Positions 13,210-24,989 of a stretch of DNA of 64,000 nucleotides are shown here, one piece after another (position 1 is the first letter of the stretch; each line of letters begins with the position of its first letter). A program made the translations under genes and the position numbers. The notes beneath the pieces are model-generated. The model saw only the letters and a list, made by a program, of their open reading frames with translations, searched no databases and was not told the DNA's origin. The DNA comes from Octopus vulgaris (Eukaryota): assembly GCA_951406725.2 (NCBI GenBank), contig OX597818.1:104284001-104348000 (forward strand), written 5' to 3'.

Positions 13210-14020
13210 CCTGGCGCAGTATGAAAATTTACCCAGGCCATGACAATCGTTAAGGATCGCGTCAGCAACCAACAATTGATCCACTGCTTCTTCTCCTACG
13301 TCCCTTCTGCTCTTCAAGTAATGTCATAAGCTTCCGCATAAGGCGCAGAAAAGAGGTAAGTCTAATGTTGGCAATGCATATCATTTGTTGGGTTTCTCCC
13401 ACAGTTTATCCATTCTAGCAACCCATCTTCACCGTTCAAGATCATATTCAGTTGGTCAGCAATTCTCACATGAAGAGCCCTCAGCATTTTCAACTAGAAA
13501 CCTTGCACTTGGTTTGTCCCAGAAGCTTACCAATTTGGCATCTTTCAACATATGGTTAGTTACCATATCAGTTGTTATTTCTAATTCTGCCTCTTTATTT
13601 TCCCCAATGCTATTTTTTTATGCTCGTCAGCGACCCCACACTTATTTTGGGCTCTTTTCAAACACTTCAGATATTACTCCAGAGCTTCTTACTTTCATCG
13701 GCATCAGGGATTAAATCATCATTCCTGAAAGAACCATTCACCTACTGATATAATCTCTTGGAAACATACAGTTTCTTTATACTATGTGACCTGTTTATAC
13801 TATGTGTCTTAATTTTTGCAGCTTTGGCAAATACCCTTTGTTTCGGCTTTTCAGTTACCTTTCTAATCTTCTTTCTCCTGATATCATACTTCACTGTATG
13901 TTATACAATATCTCCACGTATTTTTCTCTTTCCAGAATATTAATATCTTTCCCAAGCATTTTCATAACCATTTCAATTCTCTTTTCCGTCATGGTTTTCT
14001 CCTCTGCTCGCACTTAACTT
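13210..14020 (-). pseudogene. Decayed R4/Dong-type LINE RT fragment
   Basis: Minus-strand MPNW*ASGTNQVQGF*LK..LHVRIADQLN, EQKG, DQLLV..MAWVNF, homologous to the element at 47892-50545. Confidence 0.7.
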
Positions 14021-14029
14021 ATATATATG

Positions 14030-14287
14030 AAACATTCCTGTCACAACCTGGGACCTTGAAGACTGCTTAAATGCCAGAAAGTATACTAGTCCCTTAATAT
14101 TTTATATTCAATACTTTATCTAATCAATAAGACACTCAATACTTCATTTCATTTTACTATGTATATTATTTATACTATATATTCTATATTCTGCATTAAT
14201 ATTATAAAGAATATAAATAAAACATAAAAACAGAGTTGGAATTCCTTTGAATTATATGTATCCCTCTATACACAATCATACAATCCC

Positions 14288-14290
<3 letters not shown>
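14030..14290 (+). mobile_element. Solo PLE pLTR-like fragment with degenerate HHR (14050-14093)
   Basis: gggac-cTTGAAGA-...-GAAA-gtatac-TA-gtccc. The 3' end gttggaattc..ctatacacaatca..cccc-(TA)n parallels 7208-7260. Confidence 0.65.
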
Positions 14291-14357
<67 letters not shown>

Positions 14358-14825
14358 CCCGTCCTTCAACTTATAGGTAGATCCAGTATATTGAAAATAT
14401 AACGTTTTGCCTGTAGGTAGTTGGAAATTCCTCAAGAAAGATCGGTTTGAATGTCTCCAAGTATTCAGAAATTTGTTCCCAATTACGAGGCTGTAGTAAC
14501 CAAATGTTGTAATTTTCCTGGAAATATATTTTCAAACCAATTAACGTTGGGGAACTGCTTGTTTTGAAATGAATCAATCGATATAAGGCTTGGCCATATA
14601 TTCTAATCCTTTAGACTCCGGATATGACAGTCGGGTGAAGAGTTGTCTAACTGAATGCCTGAAAATTCATAAATACATGCACATATGTATACACGCATTC
14701 AAATATGCATACATTCATATATATAGATAAGTGTTTAGGTATTTAGGTTTCTCTCTGTCTATCTACCTATCTATCTGTCTGTATGTATGTATGTGTGCAT
14801 CATGTATGTATGTATGAATGTATGC

Positions 14826-14884
<59 letters not shown>

Positions 14885-15139
14885 TGAATGAATGTATGTA
14901 TGTATGTATGTATGTATGTATGTATGTATGTATGTATATATACAAACATATGTATAGATAAAGTCTAATGATTAAAGCGCTGGAAAATAGAGGCGAATGA
15001 TCTCTGCAAATGCGAGAAGGAAGAAACGCTGAGGCACATACTCTCCAGTTGCCCACAATGTCTGTAGGAGAAAAGCATAAAGCGGCAGAGCTAAATAATG
15101 TAATCGTGGGGTTAAAGTAAATCAAAACCAGCGAAACAC

Positions 15140-15540
15140 CACAAATAGTAGTGCAAAGAAATGGGAACAGAGCAATCCATTTTCCGCGAGGAAGAAGAAT
15201 GTCCCAAAATGAAAGATGACCTGGAAGTTCTCTGTTGGCCTTGATCGTAAATATTAGTTTTGGTGTTCTGCCACCAAAAGGATTGAAATCGCCACACCGT
15301 ACAAAGAAAGATTGAAAAGACGTTAAACTCTGAAATCTGTGAGCTGGTTGAACTCTGTAAATATAGTGGATGGGAAGTAATATGCCCTCCTGTAGAAATA
15401 AGAGTTAAATAATTTGTTGGACTGTGGACTTAGGCAATCCTAGGAGTCTTGCACTAGCTGTTATGGACGCAAAATTTGTTGAAGGAAAATTGACAGATCC
15501 ATAAGTGCCGTAAGAATAAACATCGAGTATGGCAGAGAAA
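15140..15540 (+). pseudogene. Relic of a restriction-like endonuclease domain of an early-branching (HERO/NeSL-like) non-LTR element
   Basis: Fragmented translation EIATPYKER..ELVELCKYSGWEVICPPVEI..FVG resembles the GW..PVEVG.RGF motif. Confidence 0.4.
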
Positions 15541-16216
15541 CATGCGGTCCAGAGTTGCAGCATCTGATCCAACACAGCTCATGTTTTTGTGTGAGAACTT
15601 TGTCATATATTTCGTTGGGTGGACCCTGGCACATACGGAGTAGCGGCGGAAGGAGCTGAAACACCGTTCGAGGTCAGAATATAGCAGCAATCTTAGCACA
15701 CATATGTATACCCTAAATATAGTAAATATTAGAGAAATTCGAGCAAATTTGGAATTAACATTTTAACTACGTGGTGGAATAAACCATAAAGTATTGCATT
15801 TCTTTCCTATTTTATTTATGTTAATAAGGTTTATCTCTATGATTGACAATATAACTTTCTTTGCACAGTCTTGTAATGCGTTAATGTAATATAACACTAA
15901 AGCTTAAAATTAACTCATCAGCATATAAGTTGTACATGGTTTTGAAATCGTCTATAACGACGATTTTACGAGTGATTCAAAGGTGGAGAAAATTTATATA
16001 ATTATCCAATAATCGCTTCATATGTTTATTGCAAAAGTTTTATAATATACCAATGTATGAAATGTAGAGAAATCTAAAAATTAGCTGTACTTCAATGCGT
16101 AAGTAATATAAACTTTACATCTCACTATTTGAACTTACAGAAAAACTCTCAAAAAAATAATATATGAATACATACATACATGGGTACATATATATACATA
16201 TATATGTATATATGTA

Positions 16217-16276
<60 letters not shown>

Positions 16277-16569
16277 CTTCTAACAGAATTACAAAACTAT
16301 GCCGAAGATTTATCGTCTAGGTATTGCAATGAATTGAAAGCCACAAAAATGCGGACAAAATAGTGAAGAATATTTTTTAGCCCATTATCATTAACAAATC
16401 ATCATTTTCAATCGATTACAAATTGTTAGACATGAAATATTTAATTCATACATACCGTTCGTTTAAATATTTGTGTAAGTTTTATAATACACAGACATGC
16501 GCTCACACACAGAGACGAGCAAAAACCCACCATTCGATATAGATGCACACACGCACACACACACACACC

Positions 16570-16608
<39 letters not shown>

Positions 16609-16609
<1 letters not shown>

Positions 16610-19600
16610 ATTAATTAATAAGGGTGAGAGAATTAGATACTAATTTAATAGTATATTTATTCCACACCAAGTGGCCTAGTGCTACGAGAAACCTGGATTA
16701 TTATAATATTTTATAACATATTATAATATTTTCACAAAATAAATATAAGAGAGTGTTCACTATATTGATCACTCTAGCACCAGTTAATCCAAGAGGTTTC
16801 AACCACGAAAAATACATGTTTCCCATGAAAGCCGGTACGACTGTTAGCTCACACGGACAGGGCAAATAAAAAATAACAAAAATACAGTGATCAATATAGT
16901 GAACACTCTCTTATATTTATTTTGTGAAAATATTATAATATGTTATAAAATATTATAATAATCCAGGTTTCTCGTAGCACTAGGCCACTTGGTGTGGAAT
17001 AAATATACTATTAAATTAGTATCTAATTCTCTTACCCTTATTAATTAATTATAATTATGCTGCATTTATTTCTAAATGCTGTATTTGTTTTCCGTGAGAG
17101 TTTGGCGCGCTGTTGGTTGGGGCATTTGAATTATAACGTCCGATGTAATCAATTGAACCGCACGCGTATTTATCGTTATGGTAAAATCTGGCGTGTGATT
17201 GAGTGGATTTCATCCAGATAGTCTTGGCTGAAGAGCTACAAATGGATTACTGTAAGTAATATTACATTTAATTCATTAATAGCGAAACAATTGTCCCAAA
17301 ATAATCTGTATTTTTGTTATTTTTTATTTGCCCTGTCCGTGTGAGCTAACAGTCGTACCGGCTTTCATGGGAAACATGTATTTTTCGTGGTTGAAACCTC
17401 TTGGATTAACTGGTGCTAGAGTGATCAATATAGTGAACACTCTCTTATATTTATTTTGTGAAAATATTATAATATGTTATAAAATATTATAATAATCCAG
17501 GTTTCTCGTAGCACTAGGCCACTTGGTGTGGAATAAATATACTATTAAATTAGTATCTAATTCTCTCACCCTTATTAATTAATTATAATTATGCTGCATT
17601 TATTTCTAAATGCTGTATTTGTTTTCCGTGAGAGTTTGGCGCGCTGTTGGTTGGGGCATTTGAATTATAACGTCCGATGTAATCAATTGAACCGCACGCG
17701 TATTTATCGTTATGGTAAAATCTGGCGTGTGATTGAGTGGATTTCATCCAGATAGTCTTGGCTGAAGAGCTACAAATGGATTACTGTAAGTAATATTACA
17801 TTTAATTCATTAATAGCGAAACAATTGTCCCAAAATAATCTGTATTTTTGTTATTTTTTATTTGCCCTGTCCGTGTGAGCTAACAGTCGTACCGGCTTTC
17901 ATGGGAAACATGTATTTTTCGTGGTTGAAACCTCTTGGATTAACTGGTGCTAGAGTGATCAATATAGTGAACACTCTCTTATATTTATTTTGTGAAAATA
18001 TTATAATATGTTATAAAATATTATAATAATCCAGGTTTCTCGTAGCACTAGGCCACTTGGTGTGGAATAAATATACTATTAAATTAGTATCTAATTCTCT
18101 CACCCTTATTAATTAATTATAATTATGCTGCATTTATTTCTAAATGCTGTATTTGTTTTCCGTGAGAGTTTGGCGCGCTGTTGGTTGGGGCATTTGAATT
18201 ATAACGTCCGATGTAATCAATTGAACCGCACGCGTATTTATCGTTATGGTAAAATCTGGCGTGTGATTGAGTGGATTTCATCCAGATAGTCTTGGCTGAA
18301 GAGCTACAAATGGATTACTGTAAGTAATATTACATTTAATTCATTAATAGCGAAACAATTGTCCCAAAATAATCTGTATTTTTGTTATTTTTTATTTGCC
18401 CTGTCCGTGTGAGCTAACAGTCGTACCGGCTTTCATGGGAAACATGTATTTTTCGTGGTTGAAACCTCTTGGATTAACTGGTGCTAGAGTGATCAATATA
18501 GTGAACACTCTCTTATATTTATTTTGTGAAAATATTATAATATGTTATAAAATATTATAATAATCCAGGTTTCTCGTAGCACTAGGCCACTTGGTGTGGA
18601 ATAAATATACTATTAAATTAGTATCTAATTCTCTCACCCTTATTAATTAATTATAATTATGCTGCATTTATTTCTAAATGCTGTATTTGTTTTCCGTGAG
18701 AGTTTGGCGCGCTGTTGGTTGGGGCATTTGAATTATAACGTCCGATGTAATCAATTGAACCGCACGCGTATTTATCGTTATGGTAAAATCTGGCGTGTGA
18801 TTGAGTGGATTTCATCCAGATAGTCTTGGCTGAAGAGCTACAAATGGATTACTGTAAGTAATATTACATTTAATTCATTAATAGCGAAACAATTGTCCCA
18901 AAATAATCTGTATTTTTGTTATTTTTTATTTGCCCTGTCCGTGTGAGCTAACAGTCGTACCGGCTTTCATGGGAAACATGTATTTTTCGTGGTTGAAACC
19001 TCTTGGATTAACTGGTGCTAGAGTGATCAATATAGTGAACACTCTCTTATATTTATTTTGTGAAAATATTATAATATGTTATAAAATATTATAATAATCC
19101 AGGTTTCTCGTAGCACTAGGCCACTTGGTGTGGAATAAATATACTATTAAATTAGTATCTAATTCTCTCACCCTTATTAATTAATTATAATTATGCTGCA
19201 TTTATTTCTAAATGCTGTATTTGTTTTCCGTGAGAGTTTGGCGCGCTGTTGGTTGGGGAATTTGAATTATAACGTCCGATGTAATCAATTGAACCGCACG
19301 CGTATTTATCGTTATGGTAAAATCTGGCGTGTGATTGAGTGGATTTCATCCAGATAGTCTTGGCTGAAGAGCTACAAATGGATTACTGTAAGTAATATTA
19401 CATTTAATTCATTAATAGCGAAACAATTGTCCCAAAATAATCTGTATTTTTGTTATTTTTTATTTGCCCTGTCCGTGTGAGCTAACAGTCGTACCGGCTT
19501 TCATGGGAAACATGTATTTTTCGTGGTTGAAACCTCTTGGATTAACTGGTGCTAGAGTGATCAATATAGTGAACACTCTCTTATATTTATTTTGTGAAAA

Positions 19601-20660
19601 TATTATAATATGTTATAAAATATTATAATAATCCAGGTTTCTCGTAGCACTAGGCCACTTGGTGTGGAATAAATATACTATTAAATTAGTATCTAATTCT
19701 CTCACCCTTATTAATTAATTATAATTATGCTGCATTTATTTCTAAATGCTGTATTTGTTTTCCGTGAGAGTTTGGCGCGCTGTTGGTTGGGGCATTTGAA
19801 TTATAACGTCCGATGTAATCAATTGAACCGCACGCGTATTTATCGTTATGGTAAAATCTGGCGTGTGATTGAGTGGATTTCATCCAGATAGTCTTGGCTG
19901 AAGAGCTACAAATGGATTACTGTAAGTAATATTACATTTAATTCATTAATAGCGAAACAATTGTCCCAAAATAATCTGTATTTTTGTTATTTTTTATTTG
20001 CCCTGTCCGTGTGAGCTAACAGTCGTACCGGCTTTCATGGGAAACATGTATTTTTCGTGGTTGAAACCTCTTGGATTAACTGGTGCTAGAGTGATCAATA
20101 TAGTGAACACTCTCTTATATTTATTTTGTGAAAATATTATAATATGTTATAAAATATTATAATAATCCAGGTTTCTCGTAGCACTAGGCCACTTGGTGTG
20201 GAATAAATATACTATTAAATTAGTATCTAATTCTCTCACCCTTATTAATTAATTATAATTATGCTGCATTTATTTCTAAATGCTGTATTTGTTTTCCGTG
20301 AGAGTTTGGCGCGCTGTTGGTTGGGGCATTTGAATTATAACGTCCGATGTAATCAATTGAACCGCACGCGTATTTATCGTTATGGTAAAATCTGGCGTGT
20401 GATTGAGTGGATTTCATCCAGATAGTCTTGGCTGAAGAGCTACAAATGGATTACTGTAAGTAATATTACATTTAATTCATTAATAGCGAAACAATTGTCC
20501 CAAAATAATCTGTATTTTTGTTATTTTTTATTTGCCCTGTCCGTGTGAGCTAACAGTCGTACCGGCTTTCATGGGAAACATGTATTTTTCGTGGTTGAAA
20601 CCTCTTGGATTAACTGGTGCTAGAGTGATCAATATAGTGAACACTCTCTTATATTTATTT

Positions 20661-20662
<2 letters not shown>
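16609..20662 (+). repeat. Retrozyme-like tandem array, family B: inverted partial unit (16609-16887) plus 7 x 534-bp direct units and 38 bp (16887-20662), flanked by (TA)n
   Basis: gtgatcaatatagtgaacac starts at 16887, 17421, 17955, 18489, 19023, 19557, 20091 and 20625. Units are almost identical, have no ORF and carry one HHR each. Confidence 0.95.
17224..17299 (+). ncRNA. Type I hammerhead ribozyme, copy 1 of 7 (others at 17758, 18292, 18826, 19360, 19894, 20428)
   Basis: ttgg-CTGAAGA-gcta[41-nt loop]tagc-GAAA-caattg-TC-ccaa. Canonical core, G10.1-C11.1 pair, GUC cleavage after 17295, palindromic stem III; stem I extendable (cagatagtc/aataatctg). Confidence 0.93.
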
Positions 20663-20702
<40 letters not shown>

Positions 20703-20893
20703 TATAAATAAATATAAATATTTCGTTTTTGGATTTGGTTTGCAAGGCACGAAAAGAAAATGACTGTACAGACACAAGAAAATATAAATATATACATATT
20801 CGTATGCATATATACCTGTATATGTATATATATATATATTATATATATATATATATATCTATATATATATATATATATATATATTTGTATGTA

Positions 20894-20948
<55 letters not shown>

Positions 20949-20992
20949 GCATGTATGTATATATAAATAAATATGTATATGTATATTTATAC

Positions 20993-21063
<71 letters not shown>

Positions 21064-21429
21064 TACATCTCTCTCTAAATATATGGCATTTTTCATTTTG
21101 TGACACTCGGATTGTTTTGAAACCTGTGTCCATGTGTACCTCTGTGTGTAGACAACTGTGTTTGAGTCCTATGTTTGTGACCATATGTATGCGTTTGAGT
21201 TTGTGTGTGTGTGTGTGAGCGAGAGAGAGGGAGAGTGTAGGCGTGTGTTGGTGCGTTCGTCTGTAGTGGTTCTGTGCCTGAATATGTAGATGTCTTTATA
21301 TTTATATCGTTTTCCCGTTTTCTCTTTTACCTAGAGCTTCAATCAAAATTCATAGAAATACTGCCATCACCGTTCACAATTCCTTTTTTTATTCATTGTC
21401 ACCTCATCGAAGGCCATAACTATCAGCGA

Positions 21430-21468
21430 TGTCGTCGTCGTCATCATCATCACCATCATCGTCGTTAA

Positions 21469-21508
<40 letters not shown>

Positions 21509-21859
21509 GTCATCAACATCCCACCCATCCTCATTGTCATTATTCCCATCATCATCATCACCCCCACCTTCGTCATTCTCCTTATCTCTATTGTAATTGA
21601 CTCTACTTTGAAGGCCATTATCATTTACGTTGTCCTCGTCGCCACCGCCTCCGACAGGGCCACTGCCGCCATTGTCAAAAAAATAATAAAACGTCACCTT
21701 CGCTTTTATCATCATTTTGCATGTTAATGTTATCAAGAGCATTGCAGGGTGCATCGTCATCATCATCGCCGTTCATACCACTTCCACTAACATCATCTTC
21801 ATCAACATCGTCGTCGTCGTCAGCCTTATCATTATAATCATCCGCAGCTTTATCATCAT

Positions 21860-21913
<54 letters not shown>

Positions 21914-22006
21914 CAACAGCGTTATCATCCGCATCTTTATCCTCAACATCGTTATCATCATCGTCATTGTCATTACCAACACCAACAGCACTACTACACT
22001 CATCAT

Positions 22007-22041
<35 letters not shown>

Positions 22042-22150
22042 GCATCGTCGTTGTCATCGCCATCGTCTTCGATATAACTGTCATCGTCGCCGCTGTCGCC
22101 AACGTTGTCGTCGACGTGCCGTTTTTATTGTCATTCATCACCGTCATTGT
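21430..22150. repeat. Degenerate (CAT)n/(CAG)n/(CGT)n trinucleotide region
   Basis: Direct inspection; source of the spurious poly-M/I/D/S ORFs. Confidence 0.9.
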
Positions 22151-22224
22151 CATCTTAAATCCTTAAAAGTGCTTCATCCCGAACGCTGTGACCATGCTGG
22201 GGCAGCACCCTTCAATGTACTACA

Positions 22225-22415
22225 CTAATATGTGAAACTGCCTCTGATATGTGGCACCAGGTCATCGAGGGAGTTCGACGCCGCTGCCCGTATCTGTGTG
22301 TCCTGCCGAGAAATAGGTTCATCTGGAACTCCTGACAAGAAGAGATCGAGTTTAGTTTTAAAGAAACCCACATCCACACCAATCATGTCTCTCGGGCATT
22401 TAGGAAGGATATCAT
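22225..22415 (-). mobile_element. CR1-group LINE 3' fragment
   Basis: ILPKCPRD..VDVGFFKTKLDLFLSGVPDEP..RAAASNSL C-terminal motif. Confidence 0.65.
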
Positions 22416-22600
22416 AAACAACAGCAACAAGAACAACATATGTAGAATGGTCACTAATACTGTTGCTACCATCTCCATTAAACCGATTTCGACACCCTAA
22501 CCCTCCTCCACCGCACGCCTCGAATTTCACAAACAAGATGAACAGCACCAAAAAAGGTGCAACACGAACACAACCTTAATATCATCAACACCACCAATAA

Positions 22601-23015
22601 GGCGGTGAGCTGGCAGAAACGTTAGTGCACCGAGCAAAATGCTAAGCGGTATTTCGTCTGCGGTTACGTCCTGAGTTCAAATTCCGCCGAGGTTGATTTG
22701 CCTTTCATCCTTTCGAAGTCGATTAAATAAGTACCAGTTCCGCACTGGGGTCGATATAATCGACTTAATGTCTTTTTCTGTCCTTGTTTGTCCTCTCTGT
22801 GTTTAGCCTCTTGTGGGTAGTAAAGAAATAGGTATTTCGTCTGCCGTTACGTCCTGAGTTCAAAATCTGCCGAGGTCGACTTTGCCTTTCATCCTTTCGG
22901 AGTCGATAAATTAAGTACCAGTTACGCACTGGGGTCGATATAATTGACTTAATCCGTTTGTCTATCCTTGTTTGTCCCTTCTATGTTTAGCCCCTTGTGG
23001 GCAACAAAGAAATAA
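22601..23015 (+). mobile_element. tRNA-derived SINE (Meta-like central domain), partially dimeric
   Basis: ggcggtgagctggcagaa A-box, gagttcaaattcc B-box, gactttgcctttcatcctttcggagtcgataaattaagtaccag core; internal duplication. Confidence 0.85.
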
Positions 23016-23990
23016 GAAAAAAGAAACACCACCACCACCATTACCGCCAACTCCACCATCGCTGCTGACACCATCGCTAACATGACCTTTATCACTATCG
23101 GTAGAAGAGCAATACCATTACCAACCATTGCCATCATCAGATGCAACATTTACAAAACAATTATCTTCGTTACTGACAAGTCTCAGAAACACCATCTCCA
23201 CGAGAATTGGTAAAGTTATTGTTATCCTATTTTATGTACAACTATTCTCTGAATATCAAATTCTCTAATAATGGTCACACCTACTCATGCAGGACATAAT
23301 ATACCTACTTAGTGATTTACTCATCGCTAAATCAGAAAGTCTGGCAAACTATGGTGACGCCTGCTCATCACCGAGAAGAAATAATACGTCTACTAGACGT
23401 AATAATTAAATTAATATTAGTCATTAACTAATATTGTATTTTCCTCGTCGCTTAATTATTTCTAATTAGCTTTTTTTTAATGTTCGCCGCATTAAATATG
23501 GTAACACAAGCTTGCCTAATTTCTATTTTTGCCTTTTATTAATTTTTGCTTTATTTTTCCTGCGAATGGCCTCTTAGAGCGTTTTATTTTCATAATTTAT
23601 CATCTCTCATACTCTCGGTTTTCTCATAGGCATATATATATATATCTGTATACATAAAAATATGTAGCATGGTAACACAGACTCTATCTTGTATTAGTGT
23701 GCGCATGTGGATCTGTGTGCTTGAGTGTGTGCGTGCGTGTGTAGCGGGGTGTATGTGTGTGTAGTGTCTGTAATATTATACTTAAGCTTACACTGCTTAT
23801 TAAGACGGAATACCATACCAATTGAGGAATATGTGAAATGTCTATATGTATTGCGACAGTACATTACATTTTCAATAATACATACGTACACACACGGATC
23901 TACACGCACACAAACACACTCATACATTCATATATACATGCATACATGCATACATACATACACGCATACATACATACATACATAAATACA

Positions 23991-24053
<63 letters not shown>

Positions 24054-24079
24054 CATAAAAATATATATAAACACATATA

Positions 24080-24290
24080 GTTGAAAAACAAAAGACGAAG
24101 ACAGGTGTATTAGTTTGACACTTGGGAAGGTGAGAAACTCTTTTATGTTTCGAGCCTACGCTCTTCAACAGAAAGGGATACAGAAATATACAGAGAGGGA
24201 AAATATAAAAACGTTTAGTGGCTAGTGATCTATCATGACGAATGGCGGACAAAGGGGTCACACAGGAGAGCTAGGAAGAAGAGAGAGAAT
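24080..24290 (-). mobile_element. Short repeat with variant minimal HHR-like motif (24140-24175)
   Basis: Minus strand cttt-CTGTTGA-a-gagc-gtag-gctc-GAAA-ca-TA-aaag. Confidence 0.4.
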
Positions 24291-24537
24291 AAAAAAACTT
24301 TTGGAGTTAGCGGTCACACACATACATGCATTTTCCTATTCTTTTATGCATTTCAGCTCAATGGCTGTTGCCGTGCCACGGCACCAAGTATATCATCACC
24401 TTTTCAATGATCATTCTGTTTGACTGACTTTTGGCGAAGGAGACAGGTTCATATTGTTGCCCTCTTTAGATTTTTTCTCGTGGTGTAGGTTGGCCAAGGA
24501 CCTTGGAAATAAAATTCAAGTTGTTTCGTGAAAACAT

Positions 24538-24722
24538 CTAACCTCTTCGTAGGTCTCCTAGATGTTTTGGCAACATATTAAATAACTGTGAACCTTTCAA
24601 TTTCAAGTTGTTGTAGTGCATAGCCATCACTCTAGATGGAATGTTTGGGTCTTTTATAACAGTGCAATGACGTCCAGTTCCAGCGATTGCGTATCTCACG
24701 ATACCAAAGTTTGATGCCAACG
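24538..24722 (-). mobile_element. CR1-group LINE fragment
   Basis: GRHC..NNLKLKGSQLFNMLPKHL motif. Confidence 0.6.
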
Positions 24723-24989
24723 TGTATATATACATATCTGTTTTTAAAGTTTTTCTGTATCACAAGCTATCTTCGCTCTAAACGCTAACAGGTACTTAAT
24801 AACATAATTTGAGGAAACACAATTTAATTGATGACGTACGGGCAAAGAGATTAATGTGTGAAGCTGAATGCAGGATTGATCACAGACGCGTTGTTACTGA
24901 AGTATAGCTGAATTTTACAAGCGGAAGACACACTCACGGCAAACTACCATCAAGTATTGATAGCACATAATATTAATTTACCAGCATAT

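Noticed and set aside
16887-20662. CRISPR array or rDNA/snRNA gene cluster
   Set aside because: Whole 534-bp units are identical with no unique spacers, there are no cas genes, and there is no recognisable 5S, U snRNA or tRNA sequence. The HHR explains the unit.
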